From IMG/VR virus record IMGVR_UViG_3300026095_000001: a stretch of DNA of 64,000 bases; one strand, 5' to 3'. How positions within the stretch are numbered: the first letter of the stretch is position 1; the number at the start of each line of letters is the position of its first letter. A model generated the notes under the pieces. The model was not told the origin of the DNA, did no database searches, and was given only the letters and a program-made list of their open reading frames with translations. The translations under genes and the position numbers were made by a program. The stretch is from an uncultured virus (IMG/VR IMGVR_UViG_3300026095_000001). Lineage: Duplodnaviria; Heunggongvirae; Uroviricota; Caudoviricetes; Crassvirales. This document shows, one piece after another, positions 16,744-25,642 of the stretch.

Positions 16744-17275
16744 TACAGGGGATTTCGTTGATGCCTATCACTGTTTTTTTCCCGGTACTGTAAACTTGCC
16801 ATTGCCCATCCCGGAACAGGTGAGTAACTTCAATAGTGGCACTTCCTAATTTCTTCCGCTCTTTCTTCCGAAGGCCGCAGGCGCATATTGCGATACGAGA
16901 TTGTTTATACATTTCGCACCGTTTCCAAGGACCATACTTCCATATGTGGTCTCCTGTTCCTGCCCGTACGATCGTCTGAGCGCGCGTAAGCTGCAAGGGA
17001 GGGGGGGGCGCTGTACAAAGAGGCATCATTTTCGGTCGCCGTAGCTGACGTCCGTCTGGAAATACATACAAGGCGGGCGTGCAGGTCCAACTATAGTTAT
17101 CCTTTAATAAATATTTATAAATCGATGCGCCGCAGGCGCACTGAAACAAAAGTCTACGTTTCCCTTCCATGGATACCTCGCCCATGCAATACCAAGTGTG
17201 GCAGTCATTCGGTTCTCGCACCGGTTGTATTTCTTTCTCCTTCTCGAAAGGAACCAGCGGCTTGATCCCGTTCAT
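16700..17275 (-). CDS. Hypothetical protein with two H.W...CACG repeats
   Basis: HTWYC...QCACG and HIWKY...ICACG. Confidence 0.6.
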   Translation of the reverse strand: MNGIKPLVPFEKEKEIQPVREPNDCHTWYCMGEVSMEGKRRLLFQCACGASIYKYLLKDNYSWTCTPALYVFPDGRQLRRPKMMPLCTAPPPPLQLTRAQTIVRAGTGDHIWKYGPWKRCEMYKQSRIAICACGLRKKERKKLGSATIEVTHLFRDGQWQVYSTGKKTVIGINEIPCIKKEQAPVIESSAP

Positions 17276-17276
17276 G

Positions 17277-17429
17277 CTATAGCTTTTTTATGTGTATCAT
17301 ACGGCAGATCGAACACCGGTAGCTTTTCCATTTATACCCTTTTTTCGTCAGCTCCGCTATCCGCATGATCGCCTGATCGAGGTTCCGGTACGCCTTTAGC
17401 GGGCATTTTTTTGGTGTTCCTGGTTTCAT
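17277..17429 (-). CDS. Small zinc-finger protein (50 aa)
   Basis: Manual translation MKPGTPKKCPLKAYRNLDQA...SYRCSICRMIHIKKL. Confidence 0.6.
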   Translation of the reverse strand: MKPGTPKKCPLKAYRNLDQAIMRIAELTKKGYKWKSYRCSICRMIHIKKL

Positions 17430-17913
17430 TGGGTAAGCGCTTAAGTGCTAGTAATAGAGCGATGTTCATAGCTTCTTCCTTCGATGCGGAGGCACCGGCA
17501 TTATTGATCTGATCGCCATCATCGAAGAGAGAGGTATAAAGACCTCCCATCCATAATGGCGGTATGCCTTGTGCCTTGCTACCACGTGCCAGCTTCGCAT
17601 ACACATGTATATTATGCTCCACGCGTAACCACTCCGCCAGTAGGTCCTGCGTCGGACGGGCGTATAACCAGGGTTGCAGCTTGCTATTCTGCACCGGCTG
17701 ATACGCGCCGTTAAACATGCCTGGGCGTTTTCTGGCAGCTTCCGATAATCCCCAATCTACTTTTCGGAAATCCATGACAGGCTTCTCATGTGCTATCGGC
17801 TCCAATGCTGGCTTCCACTCATACCATTCCCAGAAAGCCATACACGGCTCATCAAACCCCTTCTCCATGGCGAGCTTACTGACCGGAAAGTTACATAACG
17901 AAGAGGTGATCAT
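17332..17913 (-). CDS. Phage hypothetical protein
   Basis: LAMEKGFDEPC...PTQDLLAEWLRVEHNIHV...EEAMNIAL; start set at the ATGA overlap. Confidence 0.75.
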   Translation of the reverse strand: MITSSLCNFPVSKLAMEKGFDEPCMAFWEWYEWKPALEPIAHEKPVMDFRKVDWGLSEAARKRPGMFNGAYQPVQNSKLQPWLYARPTQDLLAEWLRVEHNIHVYAKLARGSKAQGIPPLWMGGLYTSLFDDGDQINNAGASASKEEAMNIALLLALKRLPNETRNTKKMPAKGVPEPRSGDHADSGADEKRV

Positions 17914-18149
17914 CGGATGCGGTCTTTTTTGTCTTTCAATCCTTCCATTACCTTGTGCTCCAGGGCCAGCTTCTCGCGCGCGATGGCCGTCGTCAGCTGC
18001 TCGATGGGCAACCCATACTTGCGACACAAGGCTTCATTGTAACGCTTGCATTCCTCGATGAGGTCGTCCCATTGTTCGGGTGTCATGTCACGGATATCTG
18101 TAACCTTGTAGGTAACATTTCCTTTGACGTTGAGCTTCGTGCGTTTCAT
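17910..18149 (-). CDS. Hypothetical protein
   Basis: ATGA overlaps. Confidence 0.65.
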   Translation of the reverse strand: MKRTKLNVKGNVTYKVTDIRDMTPEQWDDLIEECKRYNEALCRKYGLPIEQLTTAIAREKLALEHKVMEGLKDKKDRIR

Positions 18150-18379
18150 TGCTTATAATATTTATCGATTAATTTATTCATAACGGCTTTACAAAATTCG
18201 GCGGTCATACATTCGTGGTCGATTAGGACCGCGTCGCTAGTGGGCTTGGAGATCGTTAGTTCCCCATAATATCCCCTACTGTCACGCCATAGAATCTTTA
18301 TCCCACGCAATCCCATGAGCACATCGTCGATCTCCAGGTCGTCGTATTTATTTTCCGGCGTTGTATTGGTCCCAGGCAT
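18146..18379 (-). CDS. Hypothetical protein
   Basis: Operon context. Confidence 0.65.
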   Translation of the reverse strand: MPGTNTTPENKYDDLEIDDVLMGLRGIKILWRDSRGYYGELTISKPTSDAVLIDHECMTAEFCKAVMNKLIDKYYKQ

Positions 18380-18878
18380 CTTTTACTTGTTTATAGACTT
18401 CGTATGACTCTTGCTTTACTTCGTATGCTTGCAATGCCTCTTCCAAGGTAAAGGTACCGTCTTTCACACATTGGTCAATGGCATGATACTTTGCTATAAA
18501 GGGAGCCAGCTTTTGCAACAGTTCTTCGCCGATGGTGCCGGAATCTCCCGTGGATGGCTTCCTGGGCCGCATGGTTTCTGTCGATCCTTTCGGTACGATC
18601 ACACTGCCTGTCTGCTTTTCATTCCATCCAAGGTCTTCATCTACCTCCGCGCCATTCATGCGGCTGAACTTCCACAGCACGGCATCGGAAGGCAACGGCC
18701 TGTCTGTTGCGTTGATATGGATATACTCGTCGACCCGGACTACCACCGCAGGTATACGTATACCGCCCATGATCCGCGTTAGCTCATCCCCTGGCTTCAG
18801 GGATCGTAACCACATCGCCCGTGCTTCCGCGTTAGCGGGCTTGAATTCGCTCGTATACAAATCATCGTTGGGTATCAT
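18348..18878 (-). CDS. Hypothetical protein
   Basis: 176-aa ORF in operon context. Confidence 0.7.
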   Translation of the reverse strand: MIPNDDLYTSEFKPANAEARAMWLRSLKPGDELTRIMGGIRIPAVVVRVDEYIHINATDRPLPSDAVLWKFSRMNGAEVDEDLGWNEKQTGSVIVPKGSTETMRPRKPSTGDSGTIGEELLQKLAPFIAKYHAIDQCVKDGTFTLEEALQAYEVKQESYEVYKQVKDAWDQYNAGK

Positions 18879-18902
18879 AGCTGTGTTTTTTTCTGTATGG
18901 CC

Positions 18903-19145
18903 TTATTTACAACCCCACTCCTTAGGGTACGTGTACCCGTCTTGCGGGGACAACTTCAACTCGTTCAGTATTCCAAATCGCTCCAATTCCACTTCCAGCT
19001 GCATAAAAATTGCACGCTGGATCACCAGACGGATCGGTAGTTGCCGCCCTTTTCTAATGAAGGCCCTATCCACACGCAACTGTTGCCAAGTTTGAGCGGG
19101 CGTCTCCATCGCTTTCCGTATTAACAAGTCTTCGTATGTTATCAT
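18903..19145 (-). CDS. Hypothetical protein
   Basis: 80-aa ORF. Confidence 0.55.
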   Translation of the reverse strand: MITYEDLLIRKAMETPAQTWQQLRVDRAFIRKGRQLPIRLVIQRAIFMQLEVELERFGILNELKLSPQDGYTYPKEWGCK

Positions 19146-19181
19146 GGATATCTATTTTTAGGTCGATTTCTGAAACCTTCG

Positions 19182-19631
19182 TTACCACGAGATGGCCATG
19201 GGTTTCCCCTGGGTCCATCGGTATATGTTTTGTAGTTCGTGCAGATATTGCACTTCGTGATAACCACGGCCATCGAAGAACGAGATGGCCCCCCGTTCGA
19301 TGGCGTATCCTTCCTCCGTATAATCCTGCGCCCAGAATTTTACATACGGTGCATACGCAAATTCCCAATGGTGCTCCGGATCGTTGAGCCGAAGTCCGTT
19401 GGGGACCGGGTCACGCTCCCATCCCAGCTTCTCCAGCAGGTCAGGTGTCAGCAGGATCGGCTTCAATAACTCCAGCTCGACATGGATGGTAAATAGCAGG
19501 CCATTGTTGCCCGTTACCTGACAGCCTGCCGGATGAATAGAGTGGATGACCACACGGCCCTTCTCGTATTCGAACAGGTTGCCCTGCATCAAATCTTCCG
19601 CGCTGATCAAGATGTGAGTGATGGCTGGCAT
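19182..19631 (-). CDS. Phage protein (YopX-like, PILLT...LHELQN type)
   Basis: EDLMQGN...LKPILLTPDLLEKLGW...YLHELQNIY. Confidence 0.7.
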   Translation of the reverse strand: MPAITHILISAEDLMQGNLFEYEKGRVVIHSIHPAGCQVTGNNGLLFTIHVELELLKPILLTPDLLEKLGWERDPVPNGLRLNDPEHHWEFAYAPYVKFWAQDYTEEGYAIERGAISFFDGRGYHEVQYLHELQNIYRWTQGKPMAISW

Positions 19632-20119
19632 AATTTAAATTTAAGAGGAGAAAGGTTTTTCGTGCGGTACGCCCATGCGCGTTGCAGCTCATGTAGATAG
19701 TTAATGCTCCCCCCATCATAATGTTCCGTGACCCCTCCCCCCAGCTGATGGGAGAAGAAAAGGCCGTTGCAATCGGGACAGGCGGGGGTGCATACGATCA
19801 GCTTCTCATGACACAGATCATATGCGGCCTGCCCATCTGCTTCGCACCAGTCGTCATCGTAACAAAGGTAGATAATAGACCGGGTGGGTTCCTGCACAAT
19901 ACGAAAACCCTGTTCCTCGAAAAATGCCAAGGACAAGGGAAAGCCTGCCCATCGATGCAACGGCAGATCATTGATGTAGCAGACTTCCGTCTTTCGATGT
20001 CGAGCCGTTGGACCTGGCACCTCTTTCCGACAAAGCGACGTGATCTGACAGGGGATGTCCCCCGGTCCCATCAGCCATTGTCCGATCGATAAGCAATGGA
20101 ACTCATCCGCCGTAAGCAT
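19607..20119 (-). CDS. Probable paralog of the adjacent YopX-like protein
   Basis: LSIGQW...FPLSLAFFEEQGF...YLHELQRAW. Confidence 0.65.
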   Translation of the reverse strand: MLTADEFHCLSIGQWLMGPGDIPCQITSLCRKEVPGPTARHRKTEVCYINDLPLHRWAGFPLSLAFFEEQGFRIVQEPTRSIIYLCYDDDWCEADGQAAYDLCHEKLIVCTPACPDCNGLFFSHQLGGGVTEHYDGGSINYLHELQRAWAYRTKNLSPLKFKLCQPSLTS

Positions 20120-20123
20120 ATTG

Positions 20124-20456
20124 TTAGGTTTTAGGTTGTAAAAATGCAGCTTTCTGCTGCTCGTACTCCTCCAGAAACACCTGACAGCGCGCACAGTCTT
20201 GCTTCGATAGGATACGGGCAGAAAAAAAGATGGGTCATCCATTGGCCGTCAGAGGAAGCCTTTTGGATCGGTATTCATAGATCAGCCCGATGTTGCCCAG
20301 CTCCTCATCGGATAACCCCTTGAAACCGCCCAGCGCTAGGATCACAAAGCACGAGGCCAACATCTCCTTCGTGGGACACTGATCGCTGGTAAATACGCGC
20401 CCTTCGGCGATGTCTACGGCCAGCTGGCGCAGCTCCAGATCCGTGTGGACCTTCAT
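20124..20456 (-). pseudogene. Hypothetical protein interrupted by in-frame TGA
   Basis: MKVHTDLELRQLAVDI...IYEYRSKRLPLTANG*PIFFSARILSKQD...QPKT; TGA at 20235-20237. Confidence 0.65.
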
Positions 20457-20605
20457 GGTTTCTTCTTTTTTTGCAAGGTATACAAAAATAACAAGAATAC
20501 AACCATTTGACCAATGAACAGTAGATACAATGCTACAATGGAGGGCCAACAGGCACAGTTTGCGTCTAACATACACAGTGAGATCGTCATGATGATAGCG
20601 ATTTT

Positions 20606-20965
20606 TTAGGATAAACGACCGGTCCGGATCGTCGCATCCCGGTATTCGGATCGGGATGCCAGGGGGGTGAATTCTTTCATCTTGGTAATGGAGCAATAGA
20701 TAGCGGGTCCCTCGGACCCCTCCTTTCGTTTAAATGTCCCCAGGCGGATCGGGCCTTCAACCCGCACCAGGAGCCCTTGTCGGAGCGTAGGAGACCTCCA
20801 GAAGGCAGGAGGAGGGTTGTTGTACTCGCAGGTAACGTGCGTGAAAAAATCGAGCTCTCCGTCCCTGGGTTGATGCCGGAGGGTGAAGCTGACGATCTTT
20901 CCGTCGGTCGTTTCGTCGTAAGAAGGGTCGGAGATGAGAAGGCCGGTGATTTTGAGGTTATTCAT
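20606..20965 (-). CDS. ssb: Single-stranded DNA-binding protein
   Basis: MNNLKITGLLISDP...LRQGLLVRVEGPI...KRKEG OB-fold pattern. Confidence 0.8.
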   Translation of the reverse strand: MNNLKITGLLISDPSYDETTDGKIVSFTLRHQPRDGELDFFTHVTCEYNNPPPAFWRSPTLRQGLLVRVEGPIRLGTFKRKEGSEGPAIYCSITKMKEFTPLASRSEYRDATIRTGRLS

Positions 20966-21104
20966 ATAGGAAAAAAGTTGATGTTTCACGAAATTACTGA
21001 AACGAATATTTCCATGTATGGTTCCGTGTAGTTTTTGTTGTACACTTTATAATTTATACTCATGCCAAAGTGGTCGTTTGTAGCATTGGTGGATAAATAA
21101 AGTC

Positions 21105-21585
21105 ATTTTTTGTAACTTTTCGAAATTTTTTGTAACGCGCAAGACCAAGAGAACCAATCGGTTACACGAAATGTTACAGAATTACAAAAAATTTCCCCCT
21201 TTGTTTGCTATGCAATTTTTAAAAATGAAATCTACAAGAGATTTATTTATTCGACCGCATGTGGAATTCCATGTGCTTTTCATTGTAGCGTTTTTGATGA
21301 AGCCCATTGCTCTTCTTTTTTTTCGATAGAACTTTTATAGGAAATTTTTTGTAATTCTGTAACAAACCGGATAAGGCTATGATTCTTACAGCGTTAGGCG
21401 TTACAAAAAATGTTACAAAAAAAATGGGTTTTGTAACGCCTACCGGCTAATGTCTTGGTGCACATTCTTTTAAAAAAATGCTATGTTACAAAAAAGCTTG
21501 TAGATTTGTTACGCAATAAGACAAAGCACTTATACAAGCATCGGGCTAACACTTAGAACAAGCGATGCTACAAGCGATGCTACAT
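21105..21585. repeat. Iteron-like TGTAAC/GTTACA array with 25-bp inverted repeat (putative origin)
   Basis: About 12 TGTAAY/RTTACR units; TGTTACAGAATTACAAAAAATTTCC (21172-21196) is inverted at 21340-21364; tandem ACAAGCGATGCT near 21558-21583; non-coding and AT-rich. Confidence 0.75.
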
Positions 21586-21718
21586 TTGCCCGCCAAGAAG
21601 AGGGGTCAGCTGCCCTCCCCATGTTCCAGGCATTCGATGAAACAAAAAATTTCCGGATTCGGGAATCTTCCTATCTTAGCGTGAAACAAAGGGGTCCATT
21701 AACCAAAAATCCTCCATC

Positions 21719-22039
21719 ATGCCGGACGAACAGCCCGTCTATATCGCTAACTACACCGTCACCATGACTTTCGATCAACGGGCGGACACCTTGCAAAAAG
21801 TGCGCACGTTCATCAAGGCCAAGCAGCCGGAGATACAGCGCCGGATCGATACGGAGATAAAATTCAAATGTGATATGGCGCTATCCATCACAGCAGCGGG
21901 TATAGTGGCGATGCTATGAGAATATGAACATTTGGGAGGCTATCCGCCTGAATTCAATCTGGCGCAGCTGATACAACTGGTGTCTATTTATCTAGCGAAG
22001 GATAGTATGGTTTTCGGCCCAGACGCGGAAAAACTTTAA
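21719..22039 (+). pseudogene. Hypothetical protein interrupted by in-frame TGA
   Basis: ...AAGIVAML*EYEHLGGYPPEFNLAQLIQLVSIYLAKDSMVFGPDAEKL; TGA at 21917-21919; the frame ends just before the next gene. Confidence 0.55.
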
Positions 22040-22044
22040 CCAAT

Positions 22045-22329
22045 ATGTATACAAAGAACCTTACGCTCCAGCTTGATTACAAAGACAATGGCCATATTAA
22101 GTGTACTGGCTCTCTTAATTACAGCAATGCTGAAGCAGAAGCGAAATGCAGAAGCAAACAGTCCGGAGCGACTGAGCTGTATGATGTTTTTGCAAAAGGA
22201 CTCGCCGCTACCATCTTCAAGTTTGGGCATGATCCCGTCGCAGTAATGAGAGACGTCGCTGCTCATGTATACGTTAATCATCACGCGATGACAATCAGCG
22301 GGAACTTGCAAGATGGAAATTTAAATTAA
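22045..22329 (+). CDS. Hypothetical protein
   Basis: 94-aa ORF with A-rich start context. Confidence 0.7.
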   Translation: MYTKNLTLQLDYKDNGHIKCTGSLNYSNAEAEAKCRSKQSGATELYDVFAKGLAATIFKFGHDPVAVMRDVAAHVYVNHHAMTISGNLQDGNLN

Positions 22330-22334
22330 GTGGT

Positions 22335-22616
22335 ATGTCAACCGTTACAAGATTGATCATCGAATTACATGATGCTCCAGGCCATGAAACGTCTTTCTGT
22401 GAAGTGACATTGGATAGCATCTCGGAAGTATATAAACAAAAAGCGGAGGTTGATCCTCCTACGACACAATATTCACTTATTATGATGATGCTCATTGCTG
22501 CCATATCGAAAACCATCGTCAATGCGGGATGGCCTATTGATCACGTCCTGCAAGTGACAAATGACCGTATTAAAGAAGGAGTAAGAATTCAAGAAGTAAT
22601 AATCAAAAAACAATGA
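22335..22616 (+). CDS. Hypothetical protein
   Basis: 93-aa ORF. Confidence 0.7.
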   Translation: MSTVTRLIIELHDAPGHETSFCEVTLDSISEVYKQKAEVDPPTTQYSLIMMMLIAAISKTIVNAGWPIDHVLQVTNDRIKEGVRIQEVIIKKQ

Positions 22617-22919
22617 GACCAATACTCTACTGTGATCATAGGGTAAGATCGGGGGGCCGGATCGCCGGGGGAAAACGCGTTTTTTCGGAGGGGGTGGGGG
22701 TCGCCGGATGGTTTTTCGTTTTTGGAACAGGCCGCGCAAACCCGCGCCTAGAGCGGTTTTCAGATGGCCTATAAATATGATTATGTTAACTAGACAATCT
22801 GTCATCCCCTACCCTATCGCGTTAGAACGCACGTTTGCGGGAAAATGTTGTGTATTGTGGACCACATGGTACAAAATGATTATTCACTGGACCAACAAAA
22901 CATATAATCCAATTATTGT

Positions 22920-23303
22920 ATGTATGCAGTAAAGACAGTCATCACGCCAATTGATTACGGATGGAGATTGCCGGATGCCATGCTGCATTACAACAATGAT
23001 GCAAAGAAGAAGGCATACCGATTAGATGTTAGGATATTACAGGTATTGCGGCACGCTGATGTTAGAGGGGTAAGAGCGTATGCAGTCCGAGAGGCTGCAA
23101 AAGAGCAACAAACAATTTTCAGTGCAGTATTCAACAGATCAGTAAACAGGTTATTGGAGTATAAGCTCATTACAAGACGCAAATACAAGAATGCGGTGTA
23201 TTACAATATAACGACACAAGGCATTGAAATGTTAGACAATCTAAACGACATCCTGGCCAAGATCGTGCAAGAGGAATTTGATGCCAGGAATAAAGATAAA
23301 TAA
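22920..23303 (+). CDS. Winged-helix (MarR-like) protein
   Basis: FNRSVNRLLEYKLITRR...YYNITTQGIEML. Confidence 0.7.
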   Translation: MYAVKTVITPIDYGWRLPDAMLHYNNDAKKKAYRLDVRILQVLRHADVRGVRAYAVREAAKEQQTIFSAVFNRSVNRLLEYKLITRRKYKNAVYYNITTQGIEMLDNLNDILAKIVQEEFDARNKDK

Positions 23304-23489
23304 CTGGGTGGTACCGACCGTGGCGTTAGATACAGATGCCGGCCAATTGGCCGGCATTGCTGTTATGATCCTGTCTGCTGCACGGGGAATATGCGTCTTT
23401 GCTACCTCGAAGATACAATAATAATACAAACGGCCATCATTTGATGGCCGTTGCTGTTTGGAAGGGATATTTGCAATGTACACAGATGT

Positions 23490-23572
23490 AAAAATAAAGT
23501 GCGGACCTCGAAGCCACTAGCGATCCGCACTGCACTAATCAATTCCTGTAACCATTAAACCTTATCCTATTA
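23490..23572 (-). ncRNA. Candidate ~80-nt small RNA divergent from the early promoter
   Basis: Minus-strand TACATTCG box (23578-23585); stem GTGCGGA/TCCGCAC followed by TTTATTTTT; no plausible ORF. Confidence 0.4.
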
Positions 23573-23626
23573 GAATTCGAATGTAAGGGTATTATTTATA
23601 TTAACAAAAATTTTTTTAAAAAAACA

Positions 23627-23667
23627 TTGCGTAATACGCGCGTATTACGCAAACTTGTTTATATTTG
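23627..23667 (+). promoter_or_regulatory. Early-operon promoter with perfect 26-bp palindrome
   Basis: TATATTTG -7 box at 23660-23667; TTGCGTAATACGCGCGTATTACGCAA at 23627-23652. Confidence 0.75.
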
Positions 23668-23962
23668 TCCTGTCAGCGGGTAACACCGTTGTAGCTCATT
23701 GCGAAATAAGGCTGTTATCTCCTTCGTGTATACAGGCATCGATCATGTTAGCGTTGAACGTCATGCGATTGATTAGACAACGGATCAGCGTTACCCGTAA
23801 GGGCTGTAAAGAGTGCTGCAATCGACTAGGAAATAAGACGGCAACGCACGGATTAACGGGGATCACTCTATAATGTACTTATATAGTACACACGGATAGC
23901 TAACGAACTTGCAAAGACGTGCGAAGGGAGCGAGACCCTTAAGAGTGCTAAAACTATTTATC

Positions 23963-24217
23963 ATGAAACGACTACAACGTATCAACATCCCAGACGGACA
24001 GGACCCAATGGACGTATTGCACGAACAGCGGACTTTCACCGGCAGAATGACCGCCAAGCGTATGGAATGCTTACAGGCCATAGCCGCCGGTCATACATGG
24101 GAAAGGTATTGCGGACATGAATACGATTGCTGCGGGTGTGCCTGTAAGCAGAAGGCATCCGTAACCTATGCAGCCGGACAAGTAGCTTTTACTATCACCA
24201 CATATTTCAATCATTAA
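23963..24217 (+). CDS. Early protein, Cys-rich (CGHEYDCCGC)
   Basis: First ORF after the leader; A-rich start context. Confidence 0.75.
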   Translation: MKRLQRINIPDGQDPMDVLHEQRTFTGRMTAKRMECLQAIAAGHTWERYCGHEYDCCGCACKQKASVTYAAGQVAFTITTYFNH

Positions 24218-24220
24218 ATC

Positions 24221-24445
24221 ATGAATAATCAAATGCAGCAAAAGGCAGTGCTCGAACAATTGGAGCACCTGATAGATGCACATGGCTTGTCCGGCATTAT
24301 TAGCGGCCTAACAGAGATAGCGAGACAGAAAGCTGATCATATCCGCGAAAATTGGCAGGACAGGGAGCTAAGTAAAGAGTGGGAAAGGTCGGCCAAACAT
24401 TTAGAACGGGCACAGGTGGCGATAGACCGGCTGAACCATTCATAA
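24221..24445 (+). CDS. Early hypothetical protein
   Basis: LE.LID..GL...L..IA..KADHIRENWQD. Confidence 0.75.
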   Translation: MNNQMQQKAVLEQLEHLIDAHGLSGIISGLTEIARQKADHIRENWQDRELSKEWERSAKHLERAQVAIDRLNHS

Positions 24446-24520
24446 CCCCTCATCCCCCGGACAGGCTTAGGCCGGGTCCGCATGCTGTTCGAGTCAGCGG
24501 GGGGAGCTAAATTTTCAACT

Positions 24521-24757
24521 ATGCCTTACTTAGTCAATGTATCCTTAAATGGAAAGCACCTGTTTGCTACGGCGGATCATTCCATCACCAGTTCATCTGA
24601 GCTACTGAAGGTTATGGAGATATTTGAAAAAAAGTTCACCAGCGAAGAGGGCTACAAGATCGGGGTGCAGTATGATCCAAAGTGCAACTATGGGGTGCAT
24701 GTAGATACAGCCAGGAAGGAAGTAATCAACTACTATTATCAGAAAGACGGACAATAA
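24521..24757 (+). CDS. Early hypothetical protein
   Basis: Y.VNVSLNGKHLFAT; start follows a tRNA-like element. Confidence 0.75.
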   Translation: MPYLVNVSLNGKHLFATADHSITSSSELLKVMEIFEKKFTSEEGYKIGVQYDPKCNYGVHVDTARKEVINYYYQKDGQ

Positions 24758-24783
24758 CCCCTCATGAACCGCCTGACGTTTGC

Positions 24784-24822
24784 GTATACGGGGATAGACC
24801 TTCATCTATCCCCGTATACTTT
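24784..24822 (+). terminator. Perfect 15-bp hairpin (terminator or processing site)
   Basis: GTATACGGGGATAGA-CCTTCA-TCTATCCCCGTATAC-TTT. Confidence 0.5.
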
Positions 24823-24893
24823 ATCCATAACGGGTTAAAAGCCCGCTATTCGGGTGCGAAGCCTGGAATGGAGCTAATCTAAATTGCAACATT

Positions 24894-25211
24894 ATGACAG
24901 CTACAGAGTTTAAAAACCGTATTGCTACTGCCTATAAGCAGAACCAGGACGTTAGCGTCCTATTGTATTGGATCAATAAAGAAGGTGCCTATTAATTGCA
25001 GCGGGACTATGGACCGCGTAAGGTATCCATCCTTCAGACACAACGCTATGCATTTAAGACAGAAAAGTTAGAGAAAGGAGAGTCAACCGGCAAAATGGTT
25101 GATTCTTGGTCTGACTTCCCGAAGGCAAAGGAGCTTAAAGACATTGACGCGAACACCGTGGAAGTGTCTTTCGAGTTTGGTAAGATGATCTATACGTTTC
25201 CTAACAGCTAA
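24894..25211 (+). pseudogene. Early protein with in-frame TAA
   Basis: MTATEFKNR...KEGAY*LQRDYGPRK...; TAA at 24993-24995; the ATG carries the conserved upstream motif. Confidence 0.6.
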
Positions 25212-25221
25212 ATCCAATCAC

Positions 25222-25410
25222 ATGAACACTACCACGATCGATAAGCTAAAGAAGGGGGACTACTTCCGTCTCCCTGGTAAACAGCGAGTATATGTCCGCA
25301 AAGAATACAGCAGGGAAGCGAAGAAGTATGAAGCATCTCGCTTCGACGATGTAAATCACTTCATCTATAAGAAGAAAGGGACCATCGTCGAAATTGATTT
25401 TGATTTTTAA
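25222..25410 (+). CDS. Early hypothetical protein
   Basis: KLKKGDYF...VYVRKEY.R..KKY...FDDVN. Confidence 0.75.
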   Translation: MNTTTIDKLKKGDYFRLPGKQRVYVRKEYSREAKKYEASRFDDVNHFIYKKKGTIVEIDFDF

Positions 25411-25642
25411 CCTATAATAACCACGGCATGCCTATCAATTCCAGTAGTATTAATATGACTTCCCATTTAGAGGACCAACGTACGCAATTGATACTTGCCT
25501 ATGCATGGTTTTCATGTCAGCAAGTGTCTGAAGGAAGGGACGGGGCTATGCAAAGTCTTTCACGTGCTATTACTGCATTAGAAAATGCAATCAAATGTAG
25601 TACTCATGTGGTTTAACATTAGAGTAAACAACACTATAGTAT

